From Dehalococcoidia bacterium (GTDB lineage Bacteria; Chloroflexota; Dehalococcoidia; Plut-88900), in NCBI GenBank assembly GCA_965197645.1, contig OZ240219.1, forward strand, positions 992,001 to 1,056,000: DNA of 64,000 bases. The letters run 5' to 3'. A program made the translations under genes and the position numbers. Under the pieces are notes generated by a model. That model was not told the origin of the DNA and did no database searches. It saw nothing but the letters and a program-made list of their open reading frames with translations. Positions 48,263 to 58,213 of the stretch are shown piece after piece (the first letter of the stretch is position 1; each line of letters begins with the position of its first letter).

Positions 48263-48979
48263 CTATCCGAACTGGAAGGACTTGAAGGCCTCGGCGTACT
48301 CGACGCCGTTTGATTCGCCCGTCTCGCCGCGCCAGCGACGCATGCTTTTCTCAGCATCCTCGGGGTCAACCTGGCTCTCGTGCTGCTTCAGGGCATGTAT
48401 CGCCGTGCTCAGGGAGTCGGTCACGTCGATCCACTTGTCCGCCGCCTGGTGCCGGCTGGGTATCAGCAGCTCTCTCACCTTGTGGGGCTCCAGCCCCTCC
48501 TCCTCGATCAGCTCGGGAAAGGTGTGGCGGTCTCGGGAGGCGGGATAGACGGCCGAGAGAGTAGCTTCGCCCGCGGCGATGTGGTCCGGGTGGCCGATGT
48601 AGCCAGAGCCCTCCAGGTATCGAACGGGCTGGGGAGCTATGAGCACGTCGGGCTGATGCTTTCTTATCTGCCGGACGATGTCCTTCCTCAGTTCCAGTGT
48701 AGGTTCGAGCATGGCGTCCTCGTAGTCCAGGAACACCACCTCTTTAACTCCCAGCACCTTGCAGGCGTTGCGCTGCTCCCCTTTTCGCATCTTCGTCAGC
48801 TGCTGCGGCGAGATGTTGGGGTCGTCGGTGCCCTTGCTGCCGTCGGTGCAGATGACATAGACCATCTCCATACCGTCTTTGCACCATTTGGCTACGGTGC
48901 CCGAGCAACCCCACTCGGCGTCGTCGGGGTGGGCCACTACCACCATGCCTTTTCTGTGGCTGTTCTCCTGTTCAGTCAT
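48263..48979 (-). CDS. PIG-L family deacetylase
   Basis: AHPDDAE, TDGSKG, GHPDH, HESQ. Confidence 0.92.
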   Translation of the reverse strand: MTEQENSHRKGMVVVAHPDDAEWGCSGTVAKWCKDGMEMVYVICTDGSKGTDDPNISPQQLTKMRKGEQRNACKVLGVKEVVFLDYEDAMLEPTLELRKDIVRQIRKHQPDVLIAPQPVRYLEGSGYIGHPDHIAAGEATLSAVYPASRDRHTFPELIEEEGLEPHKVRELLIPSRHQAADKWIDVTDSLSTAIHALKQHESQVDPEDAEKSMRRWRGETGESNGVEYAEAFKSFQFG

Positions 48980-49052
48980 GCTACTCCCACTTCAATAATG
49001 AGCGACCCGAAGTCAGGTCGCTGTAATATAAGATTTTCGCTTGGTATCGAGC

Positions 49053-50249
49053 TTACCACCACAGGGAAGGGGCGTTGGTGAGAAGCTCGGCGCCGTCCGG
49101 CCCGACCAGTATGTTCTGCTCGTAGCCGGCCAGGCCGACACCCGCCCTGGACAAGAAGGCTTCGATGCCGAAGGTCATCCCCTCCTGGAACGTGTCGTCC
49201 TGCTCCAGGCCGATCCGCAGGGACGGCCGCTCCCAGAAGAGGCCGATGCCGTGGCCGAAGAGGGGAAACATGTCGGCGACCTGGTTCTCCTCGCTGCCCG
49301 CCTGCTCGGTCAGCCGCTCGCCAAGCTTCACTACCTCATCGACTCGAGCGCCGGGCTTTATTGCGTTGATGATGCCGTCGACGATACCGTTGCACTTCTC
49401 GATCAGGTCTCGCTGCTCGGGGGTGCCCTTGCCGCCGGCGACGGCGGTGCGGCCCGGGTCCAGCCAGTACCCCTGGTAGATGGGCCCGTAGACCCAGCCC
49501 CGGACCATCTCTCCCGGCTGGGCCGCATCCTGGCTGAAACCCGATATCGGAGAGCGGGTGAAGTACTGAATCGAGTCGCCGTGGGACACGGGGATCATGT
49601 GGAACCGGCCGCCGGACCTGACCACCTCGTGCGCGGCGTCTGCGGCGGCCTCCGCCTCGGTCTTGCCCTGTATCAGGCCCTCCATCAGCCGGTTGATAGC
49701 CCGGCTTGCAGTCTCGCCCGCCTGCCGATAGAGATCGATCTCCGGCTGGCTCTTCACCCTGCGGGCCACCTGGACCGCGTCGTCCTCGGGTACCCATTCG
49801 ATGGCCGGGGTCGCCTCCTCGAGCTGACGGGCGTACTTCACGGGGAAGAAATCGGACCCGACCATTGCCACCTTCCCCTCGACGCCCAGCCGCTTCATGG
49901 CGTCGGCCACACCCTTGATGGGGTCGGCGCCGTCGCCGTAGACGTCGTCGGTGGAGAGCTGGGCCAGCTCATAGGAGGGCATGTCCATGTGCAGCTCCGG
50001 CTCCCGGTTCCGGTGCAGGACCACGCCGGCGTGGGCCTTGGCGTTCTGATGGCCGTCAACATCCAATGACTGGCCCGACTGGTTGGAGTAGTAGTTGGTG
50101 AGGTAGAGCACGTCTCCGCAGCGTTCGTAACCGCCGGCAGAGCGGCCCCATACCACGGTGGTCTCGTAGCCCCTTCGTTCCATTTCGTCGTATACCGCCT
50201 GCCAGCGTCTAGCGTACTCGTCCTGGGGAAAGTAGGTCTTCTTCGCCAT
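49053..50249 (-). CDS. M24 (Xaa-Pro peptidase/creatinase-like) hydrolase
   Basis: EYARR, RRVKSQPEI, GYWLDPGRT, GHGIG, GMTFGIE, YEQN. Confidence 0.85.
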   Translation of the reverse strand: MAKKTYFPQDEYARRWQAVYDEMERRGYETTVVWGRSAGGYERCGDVLYLTNYYSNQSGQSLDVDGHQNAKAHAGVVLHRNREPELHMDMPSYELAQLSTDDVYGDGADPIKGVADAMKRLGVEGKVAMVGSDFFPVKYARQLEEATPAIEWVPEDDAVQVARRVKSQPEIDLYRQAGETASRAINRLMEGLIQGKTEAEAAADAAHEVVRSGGRFHMIPVSHGDSIQYFTRSPISGFSQDAAQPGEMVRGWVYGPIYQGYWLDPGRTAVAGGKGTPEQRDLIEKCNGIVDGIINAIKPGARVDEVVKLGERLTEQAGSEENQVADMFPLFGHGIGLFWERPSLRIGLEQDDTFQEGMTFGIEAFLSRAGVGLAGYEQNILVGPDGAELLTNAPSLWW

Positions 50250-50365
50250 GGGCTTGCCTCCTGTTGATGCGGGTCAATTATACTTGGTTTCCAGCTTGCC
50301 TTGCCCATCGATTAGGCCTATTTTATATCCATAGCGGTCAACCGGTCAGCGGAAGGAGGAGAGAG

Positions 50366-50725
50366 ATGAATCTGGACCACACCATAGTGCCCTCCAAGGA
50401 TAAGGTGGCAGCGGCCAAGTGGTTCGCCAGGGTCTTCGGTAGGAACTACGACGGCGCCGACGGCCACTTCGCCCCGGTAACGGTGGACGATGCCCTGACC
50501 CTGGACTTCGACAACTCGGACAGCTTCGAGAGTCACCATTACGCCTTCCTGGTAAGCGAAGGGGAGTTCGACGACATCTTCGGGCGAGTGAAGGAAGAGG
50601 GCCTTGCCTACGGCGCCGAGCCCTATGAGCATCAGAACATGCAGATCAACCACCGGCTGGGTGGACGAGGGGTCTACTTCGCGGACCCGGACGGCCACCT
50701 GCTGGAGCTGATGACCCGGAAGTAA
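50366..50725 (+). CDS. VOC/glyoxalase family protein
   Basis: LDHTIV, HYAFLV, GGRGVYFADPDGHLLE. Confidence 0.9.
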   Translation: MNLDHTIVPSKDKVAAAKWFARVFGRNYDGADGHFAPVTVDDALTLDFDNSDSFESHHYAFLVSEGEFDDIFGRVKEEGLAYGAEPYEHQNMQINHRLGGRGVYFADPDGHLLELMTRK

Positions 50726-50762
50726 GGGCGCACGCCGGGGGTCTAGGAGAGACAGCCCTGGG

Positions 50763-52454
50763 CTAGACTCTCATGCTGTCCGGTATGAAGGCTGGGCCGC
50801 CGCTAATGCCCAGCGGCGCGCCATCGGCCCGCCAGCATGCAGCACCGCGTATCAGACCCAACTCCTGATCGTACATGATGCCGTTCATGCCATCGGCGAC
50901 TGTGGGCACCTCTTCCACCTTATGCCCCTTGGAGCCCAGTGAATCACGTATCGGTAGCGGGACGCCCTCTTCGGCTTCCACCTCGTCTCCCTGGGTCCAT
51001 ACCCGGGGCGCCTCCATAGCCTCCTGGAAGCTCATCCCGTGGTCTATGACGTTCAGAATCGCCTGAAGCACGGCGGCGAAAATCCTGGTCCCACCCGGTG
51101 TCCCTAGCGCGAACCAGGGCTTGTCATTCTTGAACACGATAGTGGGCGACATGCTGCTCAGCATCCGTTTCCCCGGGCCTACCGAATTGGGGCGGCCGGG
51201 GTGGGGATCGAACAGGGACATGCAGTCGTTGAGGAACAGTCCTGTGCCCGGCACCACCACTCGAGCGCCGAACGCTTCGTTGATGGTCTGGGTGGCGGTC
51301 ACCACGTTGCCGTCGGCGTCGGCGACGGTGAGATGGGTCGTATTGCGGGACTCGCCGGAGCCAACCGGAATCTGACCTGCGGCGTAGCTCCCCGCCCTGT
51401 GCAGGTCCAGCTCCGAGCGCCGGCCATCCGAGTACTCCTTGGAGGTAAGCCAGCCCACCGGCACGTCGACAACATCGGGGTCGCCCAGGTACTCGAAGCG
51501 GTCAGCCCAGCACACCCGGAGTACCTCCAGCAACAGGTGGAAGTATTCCGCCGTCCCGTAGCCCATACCCCGAAGGTCGAACCCCTCCAGCAGGTTCAGC
51601 GCCTGGATGATGTGAACTCCTCCTGAGCTTGTCGGCCCCATCGACACTATCTCGTGACCCCGGTAGTCCCCGCGGACAGGCTCACGCAATCGCAACTGGT
51701 AGCTGGAGAGATCGTCCATGGTGAGCAGGCCGCCATTGCTGGCAACATCGTCTACCAGGGCCCGGCCTAGGCCGCCGTTGTAGAGGACGTCCGAGCCGCC
51801 CGCTGCGATGAGCCTCAGCGAGTTGGCCGCATCCGACTGTACCAGGACCTCACCCGGTTGGATGGGCCGGTCGTTGGGAAGGAGCAGCGAGGAAGATTCG
51901 GGGAACTTGGCGATGTGCTCCGCCTCCTCGTTTATCCAATGGCACAGATACGGACTGGCCTGGAACCCGTCCTCCGCGTAGCGTATGGCGGGCGCCATGA
52001 CCTGGGCCAGGTCCATCGTGCCGTACTGCTCCAATGCGAAACACCACGCCTTCAACGAGCCCGGCGTCCCCACCGATAGGTACCCGACCCGGTTGGCCAT
52101 TCCCAAGGCCTCCATCGGGCCCGCGGTATCGTCGGGCGTATACATGTCGGCCGAGGCGGCCTTGGGAGCGACGGAGTAGTTATCGATGGTCGTTACCTCT
52201 CCTGTAGAGGCCTGGTAGTAAAGGAGGAAGCCGCCGGCAAGAACGCCCACCATCATTGGCTCGACTACCGTCAGAGCGAAGGCCGAGGCGATGGCCGCAT
52301 CGATGGCGTTGCCGCGACGAGCCAGCATCTCGGCCCCGGCAACCGAGGCCAGCGGATGGTTGGTGCTCACCATCCCCCGAGAGCCTATCGCTTCATGCTT
52401 GGCGCACTCGAACTGCAGGCCTGCCTTGCTCCGCCAATCTTCCCGGTTGGACAC
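50763..52454 (-). CDS. ggt: Gamma-glutamyltransferase
   Basis: HPLAS..G..GNAIDAA, NTTHLTVAD nucleophile, PGKRMLSSMSPT, GTPGG; GTG start after GGAGGAGG. Confidence 0.92.
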   Translation of the reverse strand: MSNREDWRSKAGLQFECAKHEAIGSRGMVSTNHPLASVAGAEMLARRGNAIDAAIASAFALTVVEPMMVGVLAGGFLLYYQASTGEVTTIDNYSVAPKAASADMYTPDDTAGPMEALGMANRVGYLSVGTPGSLKAWCFALEQYGTMDLAQVMAPAIRYAEDGFQASPYLCHWINEEAEHIAKFPESSSLLLPNDRPIQPGEVLVQSDAANSLRLIAAGGSDVLYNGGLGRALVDDVASNGGLLTMDDLSSYQLRLREPVRGDYRGHEIVSMGPTSSGGVHIIQALNLLEGFDLRGMGYGTAEYFHLLLEVLRVCWADRFEYLGDPDVVDVPVGWLTSKEYSDGRRSELDLHRAGSYAAGQIPVGSGESRNTTHLTVADADGNVVTATQTINEAFGARVVVPGTGLFLNDCMSLFDPHPGRPNSVGPGKRMLSSMSPTIVFKNDKPWFALGTPGGTRIFAAVLQAILNVIDHGMSFQEAMEAPRVWTQGDEVEAEEGVPLPIRDSLGSKGHKVEEVPTVADGMNGIMYDQELGLIRGAACWRADGAPLGISGGPAFIPDSMRV

Positions 52455-52597
52455 TTTGACCTCCTCCGCGCCGTCCCCGTGAGGGTTTCGCAATTGGACG
52501 CGGTCAATATATCACATCGGCCTTCCGTTCCCGCTTATGCTACTATCCCGTCGGAGATGTACCGTATGCAGGGCGGTCAATCAGAGAGGTCTTTATC

Positions 52598-53632
52598 ATG
52601 AAGATGAAATTTAGCGTCGGCATGGGCAGCGGGCTGAGGACCGACGAGGTTGCCGACCTCGCCAAAGTGGTCGAAGGCAGCGGCTTCGACTATCTGACAC
52701 TGGTCGATTCCCCGTCAAGCTCCCGGGACGTCCACGTCATGATGACCCTCGCGGCGATGGCTACCAACCGAATCCGCATTGGCCAGGGGGTGGTCGACCC
52801 GATGACGGTCCACCCGTCGGTATTGGCCAACATGTCGGCGAGCATCGACGAGCTGTCCGGGGGAAGGGCTTTCATCGGCCTGGGCACCGGCAACCCGCTC
52901 AGCAAGCACCGAAAGCCCGCCAGGTTAGCGGAGCTGAGGGAAGCGGTCCGGTTCATCAGGAGCTACATGTCCGGGCAGGAGGCGGAGTTCGACGGGGTAC
53001 GGTCCCACTCCCGGTGGATAACCTCACCTCTGCCCATATACATATCGGCCCACGGCCCCAAGGCGATGCAGCTGGCCGGGGAGGTGGCCGACGGCGTCAT
53101 ATCCCTCTGCGTCCACCCGGAGTACGTGAAGTGGCAGCTGAGGCAGGTGGAGAAGGGGGCGCAGAGGGCGGGACGGGACATGTCCGAGATCGATACGTGG
53201 GCCCGTTGCATGGTCTACGTCGCCGAGTCTAAGGAAGCTGCTCGGCGGGAGACATCTGCCTACCCCTCCAGCTACAAAGACCTTCACCGGCTTCTGTCCC
53301 GGGACGCCCCGGACGTCGAGGACCTGAGAGCGTCCCTGGAGCGAAGCGAGCCGGGCCTCGTGGAGGAGTTGAAGCGGGACTCGAAACGCTTCGCCGATGC
53401 AATGGATCCCGAGCTGGCCGAGACGGTGGACGCGCCCCACTCCAAGGTAGTGACTCAGCGTCTCATCGACTTCTATCACCTGTCGGGTACGCCCGACGAG
53501 ATCTGCGAACGAATTCAGCTGCTGGGCGAGCTGGGCGTCAAGACGATCTCCATGACCGTATACACCATCATCGATAAGCCGGGCATGATCCGAGAGGTGG
53601 GCGACAAGATCATCCCCCGGTTCGGAGGGTAA
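52598..53632 (+). CDS. LLM-class oxidoreductase, close paralog of 31387-32430
   Basis: TNRIRIGQGVVDP, ELSGGRAFIG, LAGEVADG, YTIIDK. Confidence 0.9.
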   Translation: MKMKFSVGMGSGLRTDEVADLAKVVEGSGFDYLTLVDSPSSSRDVHVMMTLAAMATNRIRIGQGVVDPMTVHPSVLANMSASIDELSGGRAFIGLGTGNPLSKHRKPARLAELREAVRFIRSYMSGQEAEFDGVRSHSRWITSPLPIYISAHGPKAMQLAGEVADGVISLCVHPEYVKWQLRQVEKGAQRAGRDMSEIDTWARCMVYVAESKEAARRETSAYPSSYKDLHRLLSRDAPDVEDLRASLERSEPGLVEELKRDSKRFADAMDPELAETVDAPHSKVVTQRLIDFYHLSGTPDEICERIQLLGELGVKTISMTVYTIIDKPGMIREVGDKIIPRFGG

Positions 53633-53641
53633 GCAGGGCGA

Positions 53642-53708
53642 GGCCCTGCACCCATAACATGACGGAAGACAAGGCAAAGCCCATTTGCCGGGAGTCTGAG
53701 ACAGGCTC
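53642..53708. repeat. Partial 73-bp-repeat unit joined to a MITE right end
   Basis: GCCCTGCACCCATAACATGA shared with the 38558 repeat; ends TCTGAGACAGGCTC like the 3580-3722 MITE. Confidence 0.7.
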
Positions 53709-53717
53709 ACCATTATC

Positions 53718-54290
53718 TCATTTGGGAGCCCGGAAGCAGGTGGAAACGTGGTCGTCGACCATGGCTATCGACTGCATGAACGCGTAGCAGATGGTGCTCC
53801 CAATGAACTTGAATCCCCGCTTCTTGAGGTCCTTGGACATGGCGTCCGATTCGGGGCTGGTGGCGGGAATGCGGTCCCAGGTCAAGACTCCAGGAGCACG
53901 CAAGGTCTTGTGGCCGGTGAACTGCCAGATGTAGTTATCGAAGGTGCCGAACTCCTTCTGGGCCTCCAGGAACCGGTTGGCGTTGTTGATCATAGCGTTG
54001 ATCTTCAGCCGGTTTCGGATGATCCCGGCATTGTCCAGCAGCCGCTTCACGTCAGCATCACCGTACTTGGAGACCTTGAGAACGTCGAAGTTGTCGCAGG
54101 CCTCACGGTAGGCCTGACGCTTGTGCAGCACCGTGCGCCATGACAGGCCCGCCTGCGCTCCCTCCAAACAGAGCATCTCGAACAGGTCGCGTTCGTCATG
54201 GGTCGGGGTGCCCCACTCCTCGTCGTGGTAGCTCATCATCAACGGGTCATCTTCGTCCCCGAAGCACCGAATGACCTGCTCTTCGGCCAC
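53718..54290 (-). CDS. tag: DNA-3-methyladenine glycosylase I
   Basis: RC, YHDEEWG, LEGAQAGLSW, IIRNRLKI, GFKFIG..YAFMQ..DH..C. Confidence 0.95.
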   Translation of the reverse strand: MAEEQVIRCFGDEDDPLMMSYHDEEWGTPTHDERDLFEMLCLEGAQAGLSWRTVLHKRQAYREACDNFDVLKVSKYGDADVKRLLDNAGIIRNRLKINAMINNANRFLEAQKEFGTFDNYIWQFTGHKTLRAPGVLTWDRIPATSPESDAMSKDLKKRGFKFIGSTICYAFMQSIAMVDDHVSTCFRAPK

Positions 54291-54316
54291 GGTCCACCTG
54301 CCTTTCGATCTAGCTG

Positions 54317-55102
54317 TTACCGGTCCGGGCTGGCAAGGGTCACGCCGCCATCCACCGGCAGCAGCACCCCGGTGACCCATCGGGCCTCGTCGCTGGCAAG
54401 ATAGACGGCCGCCCAGGCGATATCCCAGGCGTTGCCCTCGATCTTCAGCGGCGATGCCAGCCGCCGCCTCTCCCTCAGCTCTGCGTCCATGCCGGGAGCG
54501 ACCATCGAGGTGTAGGCGGGCCCGGGCATTATGCAGTTCACCCTGACCCCGTCACCGGCGTGATCGATGGCCATCGCCTGGGTGAGTGCAGCAACACCGG
54601 CCTTCGACACGCTATAGGAGGTCAGCCCCCGGGGCCTGATCGCCGAGATAGATGAGATGTTGATCACCGAACCGCCGCCACCTTCGATCATTTTCGGGAT
54701 GGCGTACTTGCCCGTGAGGACCATGCTCTTCAGGTTGACGCGCATCACCCGGTCCCATTCCTCTTCATCCACCTCCACCACTGTTCCGGCGCCGCCAATA
54801 CCGACGTTGTTGTGCAGGATGTCCAATCTGCTGTATCGCAGGACTGCGGCCTCGACCATTGCTTGGCAGTCGGCTGCTAGGCTAACGTCGGCTCGGAAGG
54901 GGGACGCTTCGCCACCCTCGGAGGCTATCTGTTCGACGGTCTCCTCGGCCCGTTCGAAGACCGCGTCCACCACCAGCACCTCGGCGCCCTCACGAGCGAA
55001 GAGGATGGCGGCGGCCTTTCCGTTGCCCATAACCGAAGCCTGGGAGCCGCCGCCCGTGACGATGGCTACCTTCTCCTCCAGGCGGGATCTACGCTGCTCC
55101 AT
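54317..55102 (-). CDS. SDR-family oxidoreductase
   Basis: TGGG...GNG, NNVG, YSVSK, VNCIMPG, VDGG. Confidence 0.92.
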   Translation of the reverse strand: MEQRRSRLEEKVAIVTGGGSQASVMGNGKAAAILFAREGAEVLVVDAVFERAEETVEQIASEGGEASPFRADVSLAADCQAMVEAAVLRYSRLDILHNNVGIGGAGTVVEVDEEEWDRVMRVNLKSMVLTGKYAIPKMIEGGGGSVINISSISAIRPRGLTSYSVSKAGVAALTQAMAIDHAGDGVRVNCIMPGPAYTSMVAPGMDAELRERRRLASPLKIEGNAWDIAWAAVYLASDEARWVTGVLLPVDGGVTLASPDR

Positions 55103-55126
55103 TCGCCTTACCCTCGATACCGGTCT

Positions 55127-57664
55127 CTATCTTCCACTATCGAGCCTGGACTGGACAGCCTCCCGCGCTTGGAGAAGGGGCCGCTGGAGGTAGGCCATGT
55201 GGTCGTCCTCACTGTGGTGATGGGTAACCGTGCCCGGCTGGTAGTGCCGGGCGATCTCCTGCATGTAGGTCAGGCTGCCATCGATGAGGGTAAGCATGTA
55301 CTGCGCTACGTCCTCGTCGTACATGGCCCACTCGCCTCCACAGGCCAGGTATACCGGCGAGGTGTGAGCGAAAACGCCCCTGGTCCACGCGTCATGATGA
55401 AGGGTACTTTCGTAGTAGTTGGGGCCGCCGCACCGGGCCGCCAGCCACGAGTGACCGTCTATCACGATCTTTTCCTTCAACTCCAGCCTTCGAGCGCCCT
55501 GAGGGTTTTCAGTCGAGGCCACGACCTGGCCGTTTCGGACGATCTCCAGTGTGTGGATGGGGAAGATGCTCTCGGCCCACGCCTCCACCTCGACGGCGCC
55601 GGGGCTGGACATCTCCAACGTATCGCCGATGGAGCGCCCGTCCACGGTGATGTTGATCATCGGACCGCCGGTGGCGAAGGTCCTGCCGGCGGCGACACTG
55701 TGGCGCCAGTTATCGTAGGTGAACTCCTGGTCATCGGGCACGTAGGCGTATGTTCGGTACATTCCCACCGCCACGTCGCTGGACATCTTGTCCGTCCCGC
55801 CCAGAAGGGGGATTCGATAGCCGCAGTTCAGGTACCGATAGTACTCTATGTGGTTGTACTCCATGTGGTGAATCATCTCGACGCCATCGATGCGTCCGGT
55901 GGCGATGAGGGCGGCAGGCTCACCGTTGGGAGAGGGGAAGTGGGGCAGGATGACGGTGCCGCCCTGCTCGTGGGCCTGGTCCGCCCAGTAGCTCAGGGCG
56001 GTCTGCATGGTGCCGGACAGCTCGGCTTCTACGGGGCCGTCGCTGCACCAGGGCATGATCGGCTCCTTGAGACCCCAGAGGATGGTGTGGCCCAGCATAT
56101 GCTGCCGGTTCTCCTGGGATACGTAGACGATGTTGTCGCCGGACTGGGAGATGCTGGGTGAGCCGGTAAAGTCCTCGGTGTTGGTGAACAGGGCGCCCCA
56201 CTGGGACTGGAGCAGGTTGACTACGTTCAGGTCCTCGGCCTGAGACTCCCGGTGGCTGCCCTGGGGCGATAGGAAATGGACGTGGGAGTCGCCGCTGAAC
56301 CAGCGTTGCCGGTTCATGTTGGTCCAGCGTTTGATGCGTAGGACCAGCTCCTGCTGACCCGGTTCGATGTGGACATTCGTGCGCAGCGGGTCGTACTCGA
56401 ATCCCCGGGCCACGTCGACGATGACCTCGCCGCGGGGCAGCCATCCCTGGCAGGTACCGTCTATGCAGGCGTAGGTTATCTGGCCCAGCTTCACGTCTCC
56501 GCCGTTATCGAAATGCCAGGTATCCAGGCCCGAGTTGAGGTGGTTGTGGTGTCCATGCGGCTGGTAGGGCACCCCTTCCGGCGAGCGAAAATGGACGCGG
56601 CAGGGGACCGGCTGGCCGGTGTCGTCGTCAAGGACCCGGGTACGGACCCAGTTCCTTCCCCTGTCCAGTAGCCGGACCTGCATAGCCCCCGAGGCCACAG
56701 CACCCTTGTCCTCCAGCTCGCCCCAGTTGAAGGAGCCGACCTCTCGGCCGTTCTGGCTCACGTTCACCGTGGCCGATGGCGTAGCCGAGACCTCGACGTA
56801 AGTGGGGCTGGCTTGCCGATTAGGTCTCTCTCCCCAGCCTTTGAGTGGGTCGTCGATGAACCGGTCCGCCGGATCCCTGGGCAGGGGTTGCGGATAGGTG
56901 GCCTCCCCCCGGTCCACCGCAACCTCAATGTCGAACTTTTCGTCGGCGGTTTCCCGAGCGGTCAGGGTCAGCTCAACCTCTCGAGTGCCCTGCCTGGGAA
57001 AGGGGTGCTCATCGAGGAGCCCCAGCGTTATGCCGGCCACCAGGAACCGGGGGCCTTTGGGCACAAGCTCGATGTACTCGATACGCCGGTCGGGATGGGG
57101 ATTGTTCCAACACCAGAGGTAGTAGCTGATGGGATAGTCTTCCCCGGTGCCCGTTTGCCGCAGACCCGCAAGCTCCCAGGGCCCCTCGTAGCGGGGCATC
57201 AGTTCATCTTTCACGTTCGGCAGGGCAAGGAAGGGGAAGCCCATCCCCCATTCGTTTGGTAGATAGACCAGCTCGAACCGCTCCCGTATCGGAGCGACTA
57301 TTCGCAGCCCACCCTCCATGTGGAACACGTAGTGGGCGACCAGCTCGCCCATCTTGCCGCCGCGCATAAGCTCCGACTCCAGCAGTCGATGCGCAACGAT
57401 TATCTTGGGCGCTGGTTGGCCAACGGGAATGGTCACCGGGGCGTCCCCAGCCGTTAGCTCGATGAAGCAGGCATCATCGGGCCCCGGTTCCGGTTTGCCT
57501 ACGAGGAAGGGGAGGCCGCGGAAGGACTGGCTGCCTACAGGCGCCTCCAGGAGGGGCTTGCCGCCCGGGAAAGAGCCGCCGGACGGCGATGCCTGCCTGC
57601 GGCTCGCTTCGGCCCTGCTGCTGTTGCAGAGTGAGGACAGTTCCAGGGGTTGGTAACCGTTCAT
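55127..57664 (-). CDS. CehA/McbA-family PHP-fold metallohydrolase
   Basis: ARGFEY, WFSGDSHVH, SQENRQHMLGH, YYRYLNCG...GGTD, GRTFATGGP, FAHTSPVY. Confidence 0.85.
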   Translation of the reverse strand: MNGYQPLELSSLCNSSRAEASRRQASPSGGSFPGGKPLLEAPVGSQSFRGLPFLVGKPEPGPDDACFIELTAGDAPVTIPVGQPAPKIIVAHRLLESELMRGGKMGELVAHYVFHMEGGLRIVAPIRERFELVYLPNEWGMGFPFLALPNVKDELMPRYEGPWELAGLRQTGTGEDYPISYYLWCWNNPHPDRRIEYIELVPKGPRFLVAGITLGLLDEHPFPRQGTREVELTLTARETADEKFDIEVAVDRGEATYPQPLPRDPADRFIDDPLKGWGERPNRQASPTYVEVSATPSATVNVSQNGREVGSFNWGELEDKGAVASGAMQVRLLDRGRNWVRTRVLDDDTGQPVPCRVHFRSPEGVPYQPHGHHNHLNSGLDTWHFDNGGDVKLGQITYACIDGTCQGWLPRGEVIVDVARGFEYDPLRTNVHIEPGQQELVLRIKRWTNMNRQRWFSGDSHVHFLSPQGSHRESQAEDLNVVNLLQSQWGALFTNTEDFTGSPSISQSGDNIVYVSQENRQHMLGHTILWGLKEPIMPWCSDGPVEAELSGTMQTALSYWADQAHEQGGTVILPHFPSPNGEPAALIATGRIDGVEMIHHMEYNHIEYYRYLNCGYRIPLLGGTDKMSSDVAVGMYRTYAYVPDDQEFTYDNWRHSVAAGRTFATGGPMINITVDGRSIGDTLEMSSPGAVEVEAWAESIFPIHTLEIVRNGQVVASTENPQGARRLELKEKIVIDGHSWLAARCGGPNYYESTLHHDAWTRGVFAHTSPVYLACGGEWAMYDEDVAQYMLTLIDGSLTYMQEIARHYQPGTVTHHHSEDDHMAYLQRPLLQAREAVQSRLDSGR

Positions 57665-57774
57665 ACGAGGACCTCCCTTGGGCCGGTTGTGCTGCTACCC
57701 GATACTGCCCATTGTATCTCAATAGCAGGAACGGGTTGCTCAGATTCGCAGCGAAATTATGTTACCGACGCATC

Positions 57775-58200
57775 GGGGGCTCGCCCCTCTGCACACTCCG
57801 TGTTCCATCGGCCTGTTAGTGGCGGCTCTGATGGGTGTCTGCGGATGCAATTCGGGAGGGTGGCACATTCCGCTTAGGATGGGGTACCTTCAATCTACAC
57901 AGGCCCTGGTCACTTGGAAGAAGGCCTGCCCTAAGATTGCCACGCTCCGACGTTGTCGGGGCTCGCAATGACGAGGGTATGTACCCAGTCGAACGATCGT
58001 GGTCGTTGCGAGCGAGGGGGAGTTCGTCCTGAGGAGGTCGAAGGAAGCGAAGCAATCTGGTCGGCTTCGACCATCCCTCCGGCCCTCTTCCTGGCCAGGA
58101 AGAGGGCCGGGCCTCGCCCTGCCCCTAGCACAGAGTTTGGGGGACGTGCCCCCAAAATCCAAATCGTCCCAGGGTGGGTGGGTGGAAGAACAAACGCGGG
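57775..58200. repeat. Cluster of nested REP/MITE-like palindromic elements between two minus-strand genes
   Basis: GGGGCTCGCCCCTCTGCACAC at 57776; inverted pair AGATTGC..CTCGCAATGAC / GTCGTTGCGAG..GCAATCT (57934-58058); 32-bp perfect palindrome at 58079-58110. Confidence 0.7.
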
Positions 58201-58213
58201 GGAGGGGGGCGGG

